Shown: positions 11,114 to 21,645 of the stretch, piece after piece
Numbering within the stretch: the stretch's first letter is position 1
Layout: each line of letters starts with the position of its first letter
Made by a program: the position numbers and the translations under genes
Source: an uncultured delta proteobacterium
GTDB lineage: Bacteria; Myxococcota_A; UBA9160; SZUA-336
Length of the DNA: 64,000 nt
Direction of reading: 5' to 3'
NCBI GenBank assembly: GCA_963704165.1
Contig: CAVPHD010000001.1
Coordinates: 1-64,000, forward strand
Notes under the pieces: model-generated
Databases searched by the model: none
Told to the model about the DNA's origin: nothing
Seen by the model: only the letters and a program-made list of their open reading frames with translations

Positions 11114-12950
11114 TCAGGCCATCAAGGTCAGCCATTCTCGGCTGCGCCTCTGCATGGCAGCGGTGCGTCTCGGTGTAGGTTTCGCGCCAGAAGGCATCGA
11201 TCTCGTCCGGTGAAGGAAACCCCGCCGAGAAGCCGGGGCGGATCGGATCGAGCACGAGCTCGGCCGCACGGACGAAGTGGGCGAGCAGCGTTCGCGGGTC
11301 TTCGTCGCCGACCGCGATCCGGATGGTGGTCGGCGAGATGCCCGCCGCGAGCAGGGCTTCGGGAGCGAGCTCGGAGTGGCTGGTCAGCGCGGGGCAGAGC
11401 ACCACGGTGTTCGTCTGCCCCAGGCTCACCTGAAGCCCGAAGGCCGGCTCGAGGCAGTCGAAGAAGCGCTTGAAGGCCTCGATTCCGATCGGCGCAGCGC
11501 CCCCCGCGGTGCCCTCGAAGTCGATCGTGAACAGCGGCGCGGGAAGCCCGAGGTAGAGCAGACGTTCGCGGAGCTCCTCGTTCTCGTCGCCGGGCACCGC
11601 GTTGCAGCGCACGCGAATTCCCGGATGGCGCGCGAGCACACCGGCGAGAACACGGGTCGCGATGCATTTCTGCAGCATGCGCAGATCGAGCGTGCGCATG
11701 CCGTTGATCACCTCGAAGGCCTTGTCCGCGTCGAGAAATGCGCCCTTGACGTAGTAGACGTTCCAGAAGAGGGTCTCGCTCCAGTCGAACTTCCGCATGC
11801 GGCCGTCGGCGTCCGGCAGCTCGAGCGAACCCCCCTTCGGGATGAACATCCTCTCGTTGCGCGCGATCGCGACGCCCGCGGTCGTGGTTCCCGTGCCGAC
11901 CAGGTCCTTCGTGTACGAGTGGATCACGAAGTCCGGCCGCTCGCGCGGGTCTTCGCGCCGCAGAACGGGGTGCAGGAACGGCGTGCCGACGGTCGAGTCG
12001 CAGATCACTTCGAGACCGGCGGCGTGCGCGGAGCGGCAGATGCCGGGCACATCGAGCACGTAGCCGTGGGGATTGCAGGGCGACTCCAGGTACACGTAGA
12101 TGCGTCGACCCTGCGCGAGTCGGTCTCCGAGCTCGTCGCGCGTCCGAGCGAGCGCGGCGTCGAAGTCCGAAACCCCGGTGCCGTCGAAGAATCGCACCGC
12201 GACATCGAGGTTGCTGCGCTTTCCGTACCAATCCTGAAGCAGCTGATGGGCGCCCCCGTAGACGTTCCGGCTCGCGAGCACGATGTCGCGGTAGCCGACC
12301 AGATGGGCGAGCACGGCGTCGATCGCGGCCATGCCGGAGTTGAAGTTCCAGGCGAAGTACTCGCCGGCGAGCGGCCCGCACTCGACGTCGACGACGTGAT
12401 TCGCAAGGCACGTCGAGGTCGGATTCATCAGCCGCGAGTAGATCTCGTGCAGGAGCTCCTTGCCCTGAAACGCGTCGTCGATCCACTCCGTGCACGCGTA
12501 CAGGTAGGTCGCGGTGCGCGTGATCACCGGGGTCGAGCTGAAGATCGCGGTCACGTTGTCGAAGATCGGATACGGACCGCGGGACGGACCGGCCGAGTGG
12601 TCGACCGCGAGCGACTGCCAGGTCTTGCGCATCGGGTTCTGCAGCGTGTCGAGGAGCTTCGCGAGCTGGAAGCAGAGGAAACGCTTCGCGTTGAAGAACG
12701 CGATCCGATCACGGCGGTCGAGGCGCGCGAGCTGGCGCACGGTCTCGTCCCAGAGTCCGTGCATGGCCTGGTTCGCGCGGTAGACGTGGCTGGCGACCTC
12801 GGCCAGCTCCCGTCCGAGGGGGCTCGTGGGGTCGAGCGAGAAGTGGCGAAGCTGCTCGTCGACGAGCGCCTCGACGCTCGTCGCGCGCGTGGTCTTGCGC
12901 AGCGGACTCAGCTCGCGCGCATGGTCCGTACCGGAACCGGATCCGCTCAT
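11114..12950 (-). CDS. Cys/Met metabolism PLP-dependent enzyme (trans-sulfuration family) with long N-terminal extension
   Basis: YSRLMNPT, FNSGMAAI, VYGG, YLESPCNP, DSTVGTP, PLP-Lys motif HSYTKD, VSLG and IRIAVGDED. The 3' end is reconstructed: removing one T from GACCTTGATGGCCTGA gives ..DLMA*. Confidence 0.85.
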
Positions 12951-13843
12951 CGTCTCCCCCCGGATTCCGAGTCTACCGACGCGTCGAGCAGCGCGCACAC
13001 GGCCGCATTGAGCGGCGTCGCAATTCCGTGTCGCTTCCCGATTCGGACGACCGCGCCGTTGCGGGCGTCGCTCTCGAGTCGCCGGCCCGCGCGCCGGTCG
13101 TAGAGCATGGACGTGCCGGCGCCGCCGGGGACCGCGAGAAGCCGAGCGAGGATCTCGTCGCCGATCGTCTCGGGGAGCCGTGCGCCCTCGGCCCGGCCGA
13201 CCTCGGCGCACTCCCGCGCCAGACCGAGCGCGAGGTCCGCCATTCCCGGTGCGTGCAGGACCTCGTGCGCGCGGCCGGTCAAGGCGAGAAGCGGTCCACT
13301 CACGACGTTGAGGCAGAGCTTGCGCCACGCGACGGTCGTGAAGTCCGGGACGATCTCGACTTCGACGTCCGACCCCGCGAAGAGCGAGGCGAAGCGTTCG
13401 CCGCTCGCGCCCGCGGGCGCGGTCAAGCGCGCGCGTCCGCGTTGCACGACGTGCCCCGGCGCGACGCGCTCGACCGGGCACTCGACCACGACCGGCAGGA
13501 TCCCGGCCCCGGACGCGAACGGCTCCACCCGCTCCACGTGCTCGACGCCGTTCTGCAGCACCGCGAGCGTCGCTCCCGGCCTGCACAGCGCGCGCAGCCA
13601 CGGCACGGCGCCCGCCACGTCGTAGGCCTTGGTCGCGAGCAGGATCCAGTCTGCGGGACCGACGCGCCGCGGATCGCGCTCGCAGCGCACGGGCAGCTCG
13701 AGCCGGCGATCCGGGCTCTCGAGCACGAGGCTCGGGAAGGGCTCGCGCACGCAGAGCTCGACCTCGTGAGCGGCCGATGCCACGAGATTCGCGGCGATCA
13801 CGCCCCCCACCGCCCCGACGCCGACACAGGCGATGCGCGTCAC
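12947..13843 (-). CDS. panE: 2-dehydropantoate 2-reductase
   Basis: GVGAVGG, ATKAYD, LQNGV, WRKLCLN, TSMLYD and RRLESDARNGAVV motifs. GTG overlaps the upstream stop. Confidence 0.9.
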   Translation of the reverse strand: MTRIACVGVGAVGGVIAANLVASAAHEVELCVREPFPSLVLESPDRRLELPVRCERDPRRVGPADWILLATKAYDVAGAVPWLRALCRPGATLAVLQNGVEHVERVEPFASGAGILPVVVECPVERVAPGHVVQRGRARLTAPAGASGERFASLFAGSDVEVEIVPDFTTVAWRKLCLNVVSGPLLALTGRAHEVLHAPGMADLALGLARECAEVGRAEGARLPETIGDEILARLLAVPGGAGTSMLYDRRAGRRLESDARNGAVVRIGKRHGIATPLNAAVCALLDASVDSESGGRR

Positions 13844-14424
13844 GCGGGGTCGGCTCGGGGCGAGCGCACGAGATCGAGATCCGCCTCGATCTCGGCGCGC
13901 ATGGCCTCGAGCCAGGCGCGATACCCGGGCCCGTCCCACGCGCGGTGATCCCCACGTCGGTAGAAATCCGCGTTGCGCTGGTAGTGCCAGGCGTTCAGGC
14001 GGTTCGCGCGCGACGAGTCGCGCTCCGCGACCACCTTCGCGGGAATGCCGACCAGGATCACGCCCGGCGGAAAGACCTTTCCCTCGGGCACGAGCGCACC
14101 CCCGCCGACGATCGACCCCTTCCCGATCACCGCGCCGTCCATGATCGTCGCGCCGACTCCGATCAGGCAGTGGTCGCCGATCGTCGCGCCGTGGATCGTC
14201 GCGCGATGCGTGATCGAGCAGAACTCGCCGATCGCGGTCGCGTCGTCGTAGCCGACGTGGATCATCGCGAAGTCCTGCACGTTGGTGTGGCGGCCGATGC
14301 GCACCTCCTGCGCCTCGGCCCGGATCACCGCGTTGGGCCAGAGCGACGCGTGCTCGGCGATCGTCACACGGCCGTAGATCTGCACGCCGGGGGCGCGGAA
14401 CACGCTCTCGTGGATCGACTGCAT
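13840..14424 (-). CDS. gamma carbonic anhydrase family (hexapeptide repeat) protein
   Basis: IGRHTNVQDFAMIH, ITHRATIHGATIGDHCLIGVGATIMDGA and GIPAK, with the Zn-binding His residues present. Confidence 0.92.
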   Translation of the reverse strand: MQSIHESVFRAPGVQIYGRVTIAEHASLWPNAVIRAEAQEVRIGRHTNVQDFAMIHVGYDDATAIGEFCSITHRATIHGATIGDHCLIGVGATIMDGAVIGKGSIVGGGALVPEGKVFPPGVILVGIPAKVVAERDSSRANRLNAWHYQRNADFYRRGDHRAWDGPGYRAWLEAMRAEIEADLDLVRSPRADPA

Positions 14425-14479
14425 GCTTCCTCTTCTAGCCTTGGCGAGAAGCGCCGGCCAGCGATACGATGGCGGCCCC

Positions 14480-15508
14480 ATGTCGAGTCCCAAGAACCCG
14501 AATCGGAAGGTCGCGATCGTCGGTGCGACCGGCGCGGTTGGCGAAGTGCTGCTGCGCGTTCTCGAGACGCGCAATTTCCCGGTCGCCGAGCTGCGCCCGC
14601 TCGCCAGTGAGCGTTCGGTCGGTACGACGATCGAGTTCCGCGGGAAGAAGCTCCCGGTCGAGCTCGCCCGAGCCGAGGCCTTCGACGGCATCGACTTCGT
14701 GTTCTTCGCTGCCACGGGCGAGCTCTCGACGACGCTCGGACCCGAGGTGGTCAAGCGCGGCGGGATCGCGATCGACAAATCGAACAGCTGGCGCATGCAC
14801 GAGGACGTTCCGCTGGTCGTGCCCGAGATCAACGGTGCGGCGGTCGAGAAGCACAAGGGGATCCTGAGCTGCCCGAACTGCACCACGCTGCCGCTGGTGA
14901 TGGCGCTCGAGCCGCTGCGACGCATCTCGCCGCTGCGCCGCGCGGTGGTCACGTCCTTCCAGGCGGTCACGGGCGCGGGGCTGCCGGGCATCGAGGAGCT
15001 CGAGGCGCAGCAGCGCGCACTTCACGACGGCAAGCCGCTGCCGAAGCCCGAGAAGTTCGCGCGCCAGATCGCGAACAACGTGGTGCCGCTGTGCGAGACG
15101 TTCCGCGACGACGGCTACTCGACCGAAGAAGTGAAGCTGCTCTTCGAGAGCCGGAAGATCATGGATCTCCCCGATCTCGAGGTCGCGATGACCTGCGTGC
15201 GGGTTCCCGTGCCGGTCGGCCACTCGATGAGCATTCTGCTCGAGACCGAGCGGCCGATCACGCCCGAAGCCGCGCGCGAGGCGCTCGCCGCGTTCCCGGG
15301 CGTGCGAGTGATGGACGATCCCTCGAAGAACATCTTCCCCACGCCGAGCGACGTGGCGGGTCAGGACGACGTGCTGGTCGGACGGATCCGGCGCGACCTG
15401 ACGAGCGACCGGCTCTGGCTCTGGTCCTGCGGCGACAACCTTCGCAAGGGTGCGGCCACCAACGCCGTGCAGATCGCCGAGGAGCTGATGCGCCGGGGAC
15501 TGCGCTGA
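14480..15508 (+). CDS. asd: aspartate-semialdehyde dehydrogenase
   Basis: VGATGAVG, PLVVPEIN, catalytic PNCTT, TCVRVPV..GHS and DNLRKGAATNAVQIAE. Confidence 0.96.
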   Translation: MSSPKNPNRKVAIVGATGAVGEVLLRVLETRNFPVAELRPLASERSVGTTIEFRGKKLPVELARAEAFDGIDFVFFAATGELSTTLGPEVVKRGGIAIDKSNSWRMHEDVPLVVPEINGAAVEKHKGILSCPNCTTLPLVMALEPLRRISPLRRAVVTSFQAVTGAGLPGIEELEAQQRALHDGKPLPKPEKFARQIANNVVPLCETFRDDGYSTEEVKLLFESRKIMDLPDLEVAMTCVRVPVPVGHSMSILLETERPITPEAAREALAAFPGVRVMDDPSKNIFPTPSDVAGQDDVLVGRIRRDLTSDRLWLWSCGDNLRKGAATNAVQIAEELMRRGLR

Positions 15509-15521
15509 GCGGGCGGAGCGG

Positions 15522-17462
15522 GTGAGCTCGTCCCCGCTCTGGACGCCTCCCGCCGCGCGTGCCGAACGCTCGAACCTGCGGGCCTTCCAGCGCGGCATCG
15601 AAGCGCGGACGGGCCTGCGCTTCGGGAGCTACGCCGATCTGTGGCGCTGGTCGGTTTCGCAGCGGGCCGATTTCTGGCGCGCGGCCTGGGACTTCTGCGA
15701 GCTGATCGGCGAACCCGGACGCGAGCCCTGGCTCATCGATGACCGCATGCCGGGCGCGAGGTTCTTTCCGGGCGCGCGGCTGAACTACGCCGAGAACCTT
15801 CTGCGCCGCTCCGACGCCGGACCCGCGCTGATCTTCCGCGGCGAGAACGGCGAGCGCCGGGAGCTTTCCTGGGCAGAGCTCCGCGCGCAGGTCGCATCGA
15901 TCGCGTCCCATCTTCGCGCGCTCGGCGTGGTTCCGGGTGACCGCGTCGCTGCGATCCTGCCGAATGGACCGGAGGCAATCGTCGCGATGCTCGCCGCGAC
16001 GTCGCTCGGCGCAATCTGGTCGTCGTGCTCGCCCGACTTCGGCGTCCGTGGCGTGCTCGACCGCTTCGGGCAGATCGAGCCGAAGGTTCTCTTCGTGACC
16101 GACGGCTACCTCTACGGCGGCAAGAGCCACGACCTGACCGCCCGCGTCGCCGAGATCCGCGCCGCACTGCCCTCGCTCGAGCGCGTGGTGATGGTGCGCT
16201 TCCTCGGCGTCGGCGCGATCCCCGATGCGGACGCGTTTCACGAGCTCGTCCGCGCGGACGCGCCAACGCTCGAGTTCGCGCGCCTGCCGTTCGACCACCC
16301 GCTCTTCATCCTCTTCTCGTCGGGAACGACGGGTGCGCCGAAGTGCATCGTCCACGGCGCGGGCGCGGTGCTGCTGAAGATCTCGGTCGAGCAGCGGCTC
16401 CACACCGATCTGCGCCGCGACGACCGGCTCTTCTACTTCACGACCTGCGGCTGGATGATGTGGAACTGGCTCGCGACCGGACTCGCCGCCGATGCGACGC
16501 TCGTGCTCTACGACGGCTCGCCGTTCCATCCCGACGGTCGCACGCTCTTCGACCTCGTCGACGCGGAGCGCGTGAAGGTCTTCGGAACCTCGGCGAAGTA
16601 CCTCGACGCCGTTCGCAAGTCCGGACTCGAACCGCGGCGGACGCACGACCTGTCCTCGGTCGAGACGATCCTCTCGACCGGCTCCGTGCTCGCGCCCGAG
16701 AGTTTCGACTTCGTGTACCGGAGCATCAAGCGCGACGTGCTGCTCTCGTCGATTTCGGGCGGCACCGACATCGCCGGCTGTTTCGTCGCGGGCAGCCCGA
16801 CACTTCCCGTCTGGCGCGGCGAAGCACAGTGCCTGGCGCTCGGCATGTCGGTCGAGGTCTTCGACGACGAGGGCCGCGCGCTTCCACCGGGCGAGAAGGG
16901 CGAGCTCGTCTGCACGCGCGCATTTCCCTCGATGCCCGTCGCGTTCTGGAACGACCCCGACGGCGCGCGCTACCGCGCGTCGTACTTCGAGCGCTTCCCC
17001 GGCGTCTGGCACCACGGCGACTGGGTCGAGCTGACACCGAACGGTGGCATGACGTTGTACGGCCGTTCGGACGCGGTCCTGAACCCCGGCGGCGTGCGGA
17101 TCGGCACGGCCGAGATCTACCGTCCCGTCGAGCAGCTCGACGAGATCGTCGAAGCGCTGGCGATCGGCCAGGACTGGGCCGACGACGTGCGCATCGTCCT
17201 GTTCGTGCGCCTGCGCGATGGAGTCGTCCTCGACGCGGCGCTCGACGCCCGGATCCGCGCGGCGATCCGCACGCACGCCACACCGCGCCACGTGCCCGCG
17301 CGCATCGTCGCCGTCACCGACATCCCGCGCACGAAGAGCGGCAAGATCGTCGAGATCGCCGTACGCGACGTCGTGCACGGGCGGCCGCTCAGGAATCTGG
17401 AGACGCTCGCGAATCCCGAGGCGCTCGAGCAGTTCAAGAACCGGCCCGAGCTCGCCTCCTAG
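15522..17462 (+). CDS. acetoacetate--CoA ligase
   Basis: LNYAENLL, WSSCSPDFG, FSSGTTGAPKCIVHG, FTTCGWMMWNW, SISGGTD, GRSDAVLNPGGVRIGTAEIY and PRTKSGK motifs. Confidence 0.94.
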   Translation: MSSSPLWTPPAARAERSNLRAFQRGIEARTGLRFGSYADLWRWSVSQRADFWRAAWDFCELIGEPGREPWLIDDRMPGARFFPGARLNYAENLLRRSDAGPALIFRGENGERRELSWAELRAQVASIASHLRALGVVPGDRVAAILPNGPEAIVAMLAATSLGAIWSSCSPDFGVRGVLDRFGQIEPKVLFVTDGYLYGGKSHDLTARVAEIRAALPSLERVVMVRFLGVGAIPDADAFHELVRADAPTLEFARLPFDHPLFILFSSGTTGAPKCIVHGAGAVLLKISVEQRLHTDLRRDDRLFYFTTCGWMMWNWLATGLAADATLVLYDGSPFHPDGRTLFDLVDAERVKVFGTSAKYLDAVRKSGLEPRRTHDLSSVETILSTGSVLAPESFDFVYRSIKRDVLLSSISGGTDIAGCFVAGSPTLPVWRGEAQCLALGMSVEVFDDEGRALPPGEKGELVCTRAFPSMPVAFWNDPDGARYRASYFERFPGVWHHGDWVELTPNGGMTLYGRSDAVLNPGGVRIGTAEIYRPVEQLDEIVEALAIGQDWADDVRIVLFVRLRDGVVLDAALDARIRAAIRTHATPRHVPARIVAVTDIPRTKSGKIVEIAVRDVVHGRPLRNLETLANPEALEQFKNRPELAS

Positions 17463-17529
17463 CGGACGCGGCAGGCTTCAAACGTCCCCTGCTGGAACTC
17501 CGAAGACAAAATCGCTCTCTTTCGCCTCG

Positions 17530-19299
17530 ATGTCGGATCCGAATCTCGCCACCGGTCACGAGATCACCCGGCCCGAGGCGCGAGTCGGCTTTGCGCGGCA
17601 GATCCTGCGCCTCGCCGGACCCTACTGGAGCTCCGAGCGGAAGTGGCGGGTCCGCGGCTCGACCCTCTTGCTGTTCCTGCTGACCGTCGCGCAGGTCGGA
17701 ATCGCGGTCTGGGGCAACTACTGGAACCGCGCGCTCTTCGATGCGCTCGAGGCCCGCTCGGTGCGCGGGGTGGCTGATCCAGGTCGGCGTGTTCGCGCTG
17801 ATTCTCCTGTCCTCGATCGGCGTCACGGCGGCGCATCTTCTGACCAAGCGCTGGCTCCAGCTCGACTGGCGCGCACTGGCTCACCGAGCGGCTGATCGGC
17901 CGCTGGATGGCGGACGGCCGCCACTACCGGTTGCTGCTCGGACCACCGGCGAGCACGACAACCCCGACCAGCGCATCGCCGAGGACATCCGCATCGCGAC
18001 CGAGACCGCGATCGCGCTCGCTCACACGCTGGTCTACTCGGTGCTCATCGCTCGGACTGTTCGTCGGGATCCTCTGGTCGGTGTCGGGCACGATGACGGT
18101 GCCGGGCACCACCACGCAGATGCCCGGCTACATGGTTCCGCTCGCGTTCCTCTACGCGGGCGTCGGCGCCGTGCTCGGCTGGCTGCTCGGACGACCGCTG
18201 GTGCGCACGACCAATGCGCTGCAGACCGCCGAGGCCGATTTCCGTTTCGGCCTCTCGCGTGCGCGCGAGCACTCCGAGGCGATCGCGCTGGTGCAAGGCG
18301 AATCGATCGAGCGCGAGCACTCCTCATCGCGCTTCGCGCAGATCATGCGGGACTGGGACCGACAGTCCTTCGCCTACATGGGCATCGTCTCGTTCTCGAC
18401 CGGCTACGGCGGCCTCCTGCCGGTGTTCCCGATCCTGGTCGCGGCGCCGCAGTACATCGCGGGCGCGATGTCACTCGGAGTGCTGATGCAGGCTGCGCAG
18501 GCGTTCCAGCGGCTGACGTCCGCGCTCTCCTGGCCGGTCGACAACGTCGGCGAGATCGCGCGCTGTCGCGCGTCGGCCGACCGCGTGCTGCTCGCTCTAC
18601 GAGGACATGGCGCGCCTCGACGTGGAGCTGCGATCGCCGACCGGAAGCCGCATCGCATTCGAGCGATCCGACGACCGGCATCTGCGGATCGAGAATCTCT
18701 GCATCGCCGACCCATCCGGTCTGATCCTGCTCGAGGATTTCGACACCGAGATCCACCGCGGCGAGCGCGTGCTCGTCGCGGGTGATCCGGCGGTGACGAG
18801 CGGACTGTTCAAGGTGATCGGCGGGCTCTGGCCCTGGGGCAGCGGACGCGTGCTGCTGCCCGGAAGACGGCAGCTCGCTGTTCATGCCGCAGCGGCCCTT
18901 CCTGCCCGAGGGCACGCTGCGCCGCGCCCTGTGCTACCCGCGTTCGCCGAATGCGGCGCAGCGACGAATCGATCCATCACGCGCTCGAGTGCGCGGGCGT
19001 CACGTGGCTCGCGCCGCGCCTCGATGAGGCCGACAACTGGGAACAGACGCTGCCGCTGCGCGCACAGCAGCGGCTCGGCTTCGCGCGCGTGCTGCTGCAG
19101 CGCCCCGCCTGGATCTTCATGGAGGAGGCCACCGATGCCTTCGACCCGAAGGGCGAGCAGCTGATCCTCGAGATGCTGCACCGCGAGCTGCCCGACACGC
19201 CGTGCTGACGATCAGCTTCCACCCGGGACTCGAGCGCCTGCACCATCGCAAGATCGTTCTGACCCGCGTCGCGCGAGACAGCAGTACCTGCCTCAGTGA
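17530..19299 (+). CDS. YddA/BacA-like (ABC_membrane_2) fused permease-NBD transporter, multiply frameshifted
   Basis: PYWSSERKW, WNRALFDALE, DNPDQRIAED, EADFRFGL..REHSEAIAL, AAQAF, GLWPWGSG, MPQRPFLPEGTLRRAL and ISFHPGL..LH motifs across ORFs 17218..19441. The end is approximate. Confidence 0.8.
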
Positions 19300-20404
19300 A
19301 GGCGCGACGGGAGCCAGCCGCGCTCGACGCGCGTCGCGAAAGCACCACGCGGGCGACGCTCTCGGTCCGGTAGCTCCAGAAGAACCAGCCGGCGGTAGCG
19401 CTCGAAGCCGAGCAGCTGCGCCGCGCCGTAGGCGGCGGTAGGCCGCTCTGGAATCCTTCCGTCGGAACGCGCGGTCGTAGGGTCCGGCTCAGAGCGAGAC
19501 CACCTTGAGATCGAGGCCGAGGCTCCACTCGCCCACGATCGTCGGCATTCCGAGCTCGCGCTGGATTTCGTCGGCCTCGTCGCGCCACAGAACACCGGCC
19601 TTGTGCACGTGCCCGTCGATGTCGAGGTCGACGTCCGCGCGCTCGAAGCACTGGTAGCGGTGCACGTCGAAGATCACGTTCTCGAACGCCGGCGCCGGCA
19701 TGAAGCCGAGATACTCGCGGTGCGAGCGGAAGCCGTCGTGGAAGACGACGGCGACGTCCTCGGCGCGGCAGTGCGCGCGAATGGCCCCGTAGGCGCGCAG
19801 GTACTAGGACTTCAGCAGGTCGGTCGGCACGTCCCAGCGTGGCTCGTTCAGGAGCTCGATCGCGTGCAGCGCCGGGTGAGCGCGGTAGCGCGCCGCGACG
19901 CGGGCCAGAACGTCGATCGAGTGCGCGAGGTACTCCTCGCGCGTGTGCCACTCGCAGATGCCTTGCATGCCGCCGTTGTCGAAGCCGTTCTGACAGCCGG
20001 GAGCGGCGTGCAGGTCGAGCATCACGCGCAAGCCGAATTCGCGCGCCCAGTCGAGCGCGCGGTCGAGCACGTCGATGCCGCCCTCGACGAACGGGTGAGG
20101 ATCGTCGCCGTACCTCGCGTGGTACGGATACGGCGGACCGAAGATCCAGTGACCGAAGGGGATACGCACAGCGTTGATGCCGACCTCCGCGAGCCAGGCG
20201 AAGTCGGCGCGCGTGATGAAACTTCCCCAGTGCGTGCGCAGCCGATGCCGGCGCCTCACGGCCCAGCTCGGCGCACCAGGAAGTCTCGTCGGCTGCCGCG
20301 AGCCCCGCGAACAGGCTCGGTGTCATCCACTTCTCGAGCACGAGCCAGCCACCGAGGTTCACACCGCGCAGCCGGCTGATCCTGGATGCGGATTCGGGGC
20401 CCAT
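19293..20404 (-). CDS. glycoside hydrolase family 5, glucan 1,3-beta-glucosidase-like (frameshifts plus an internal TAG)
   Basis: LRGVNLGGWLVLEKWMTPSLF, INAVRIPFGHW, DLHAAPGCQNGFDNGG, acid/base IELLNEP, FHDGFR, DVHRYQCF, nucleophile VGEWSLG and WFFWSY. No signal peptide. Confidence 0.85.
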
Positions 20405-20461
20405 GCACGAAGTCTGCCGCGGAAGCCGCCTTTCGTCTCGATCGCGGAGGAGCGCGCCCGC

Positions 20462-21565
20462 TCAGGCGGCGGCGGGGGTCTCGGGCAACGGCCCGACGTA
20501 GCGGGAGCTCGGCCGGATGATCCGCGAACTCGTGCGCTGCTCTTCGATGTGCGCGAGCCAGCCCGCCACCCGCGCGACCGCGAACGTCGGCGAGAAGAGC
20601 GCCTGCGGCAGGCCGATCGCGTCGAGGAGAACCGCGGTGTAGAACTCGACGTTCGCGGCCATGCGGCGCTCGGGTCTGCGCTCGCCGAGCGACGCGACCG
20701 CCACGCGTTCCACCGCGCGCGCGAGGTCGAGGCGATCGCTGCGCAGTCCGGTCTCGCGAAGGCGTTCGACCGCGCGTTCGAGCACGGCCGCGCGCGGGTC
20801 GCGCACGCGGTAGATGCGATGCCCCATGCCCATGATGCGCCGGCCGGCTTCGAGCTCCGCCGCGATCCAGCGTGCGGCGTTCGCGGGCTCGCCGATCGCG
20901 TCGAGCATCTCGAGCACGGGACCGGGGGCGCCGCCATGCCGTGGACCCTTGAGCGCACCGAGCGCGGCGACGACCGCGGAGACCGTGTCGGAATCCGTCG
21001 ACGCGACCACGCGCGCGGTGAAGGTCGATGCGTTCATGCCGTGATCGGCGGCGGTGACGAGATACGCGTCGAGCGCGCGACTGCGCGCGGGATCGCCGCC
21101 ATTCGCGCTCGCCATGCGCAGATAGTCGGCGGCATGTCCGAGGTCGGGATCCGGTGCGACCGCAGCCGACCCGCGGCGCTCCCGCGCCCAGGCGGCAGCG
21201 AAGACCGCGACCGCGGCCGTGAGGTCGACGGCCGCCTCCTCCGCGCGGATCTCGCTCGCGCGAAGCTGCGCGAGCGCGGCGCGCAGGGATTCCATGCCGT
21301 CGCTCGATTCGAGTGCCGCGCCGAGTTCGGGCAAGCGCGCGAATGCGCGTACGCGCGCCCGCCCGAGCGCGCGCTGGACCTCCGCGTGCGCCGCGGGCGA
21401 TGGCAACGTCCCGGTCCAGAGCAACGCGCAGGCCGACTCGAAGTCCGCACGCTCCGCGAGCGCCTCGACGTCGTGTCCCCGGATCACCAGCCGCCCGCGC
21501 TCGCCATCGACGTCGGAGAGCGACGTCTCCGCGACCACCACGCCCTCGAGTCCGTCCATCGCCAT
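20462..21565 (-). CDS. citrate synthase / methylcitrate synthase family protein
   Basis: GLEGVVVAET, ADHGMNASTF, GPRHGGA, GMGHRIYRVRDPR, ANVEFY, RVAGWLAH and IRP motifs. AGGAG RBS. Confidence 0.92.
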   Translation of the reverse strand: MAMDGLEGVVVAETSLSDVDGERGRLVIRGHDVEALAERADFESACALLWTGTLPSPAAHAEVQRALGRARVRAFARLPELGAALESSDGMESLRAALAQLRASEIRAEEAAVDLTAAVAVFAAAWARERRGSAAVAPDPDLGHAADYLRMASANGGDPARSRALDAYLVTAADHGMNASTFTARVVASTDSDTVSAVVAALGALKGPRHGGAPGPVLEMLDAIGEPANAARWIAAELEAGRRIMGMGHRIYRVRDPRAAVLERAVERLRETGLRSDRLDLARAVERVAVASLGERRPERRMAANVEFYTAVLLDAIGLPQALFSPTFAVARVAGWLAHIEEQRTSSRIIRPSSRYVGPLPETPAAA

Positions 21566-21609
21566 CGTCCGCTCCTACGTTTCGGGCGACTCTGCCGCGG
21601 ATCCATGAC

Positions 21610-21638
21610 TTGATCAACGTTGATTGATCGATCAATCT
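21610..21638. promoter_or_regulatory. AT-rich array of overlapping TTGAT/ATCAA palindromes between the divergent citrate synthase genes
   Basis: TTGATCAA (21610-17), ATCAACGTTGAT (21613-24) and GATTGATCGATCAATC (21622-37) are each perfect palindromes. Confidence 0.65.
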
Positions 21639-21645
21639 ATCGATC

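Noticed and set aside
10848..13955. 1035-aa ORF
   Set aside because: It is an artefact: an out-of-frame run over panE, plus the real PLP enzyme, plus read-through caused by a probable extra base at its stop. The hairpin at 11065-11108 supports the earlier end.
17494..17520. ECF-like promoter GGAACT-N16-TCTCT upstream of the ABC gene
   Set aside because: The match is weak and short, and I cannot distinguish it from chance without a regulon model.
21610..21637. FNR box (TTGAT-N4-ATCAA)
   Set aside because: The half-sites are present but the spacings are N2 and N6 or overlapping, never N4.
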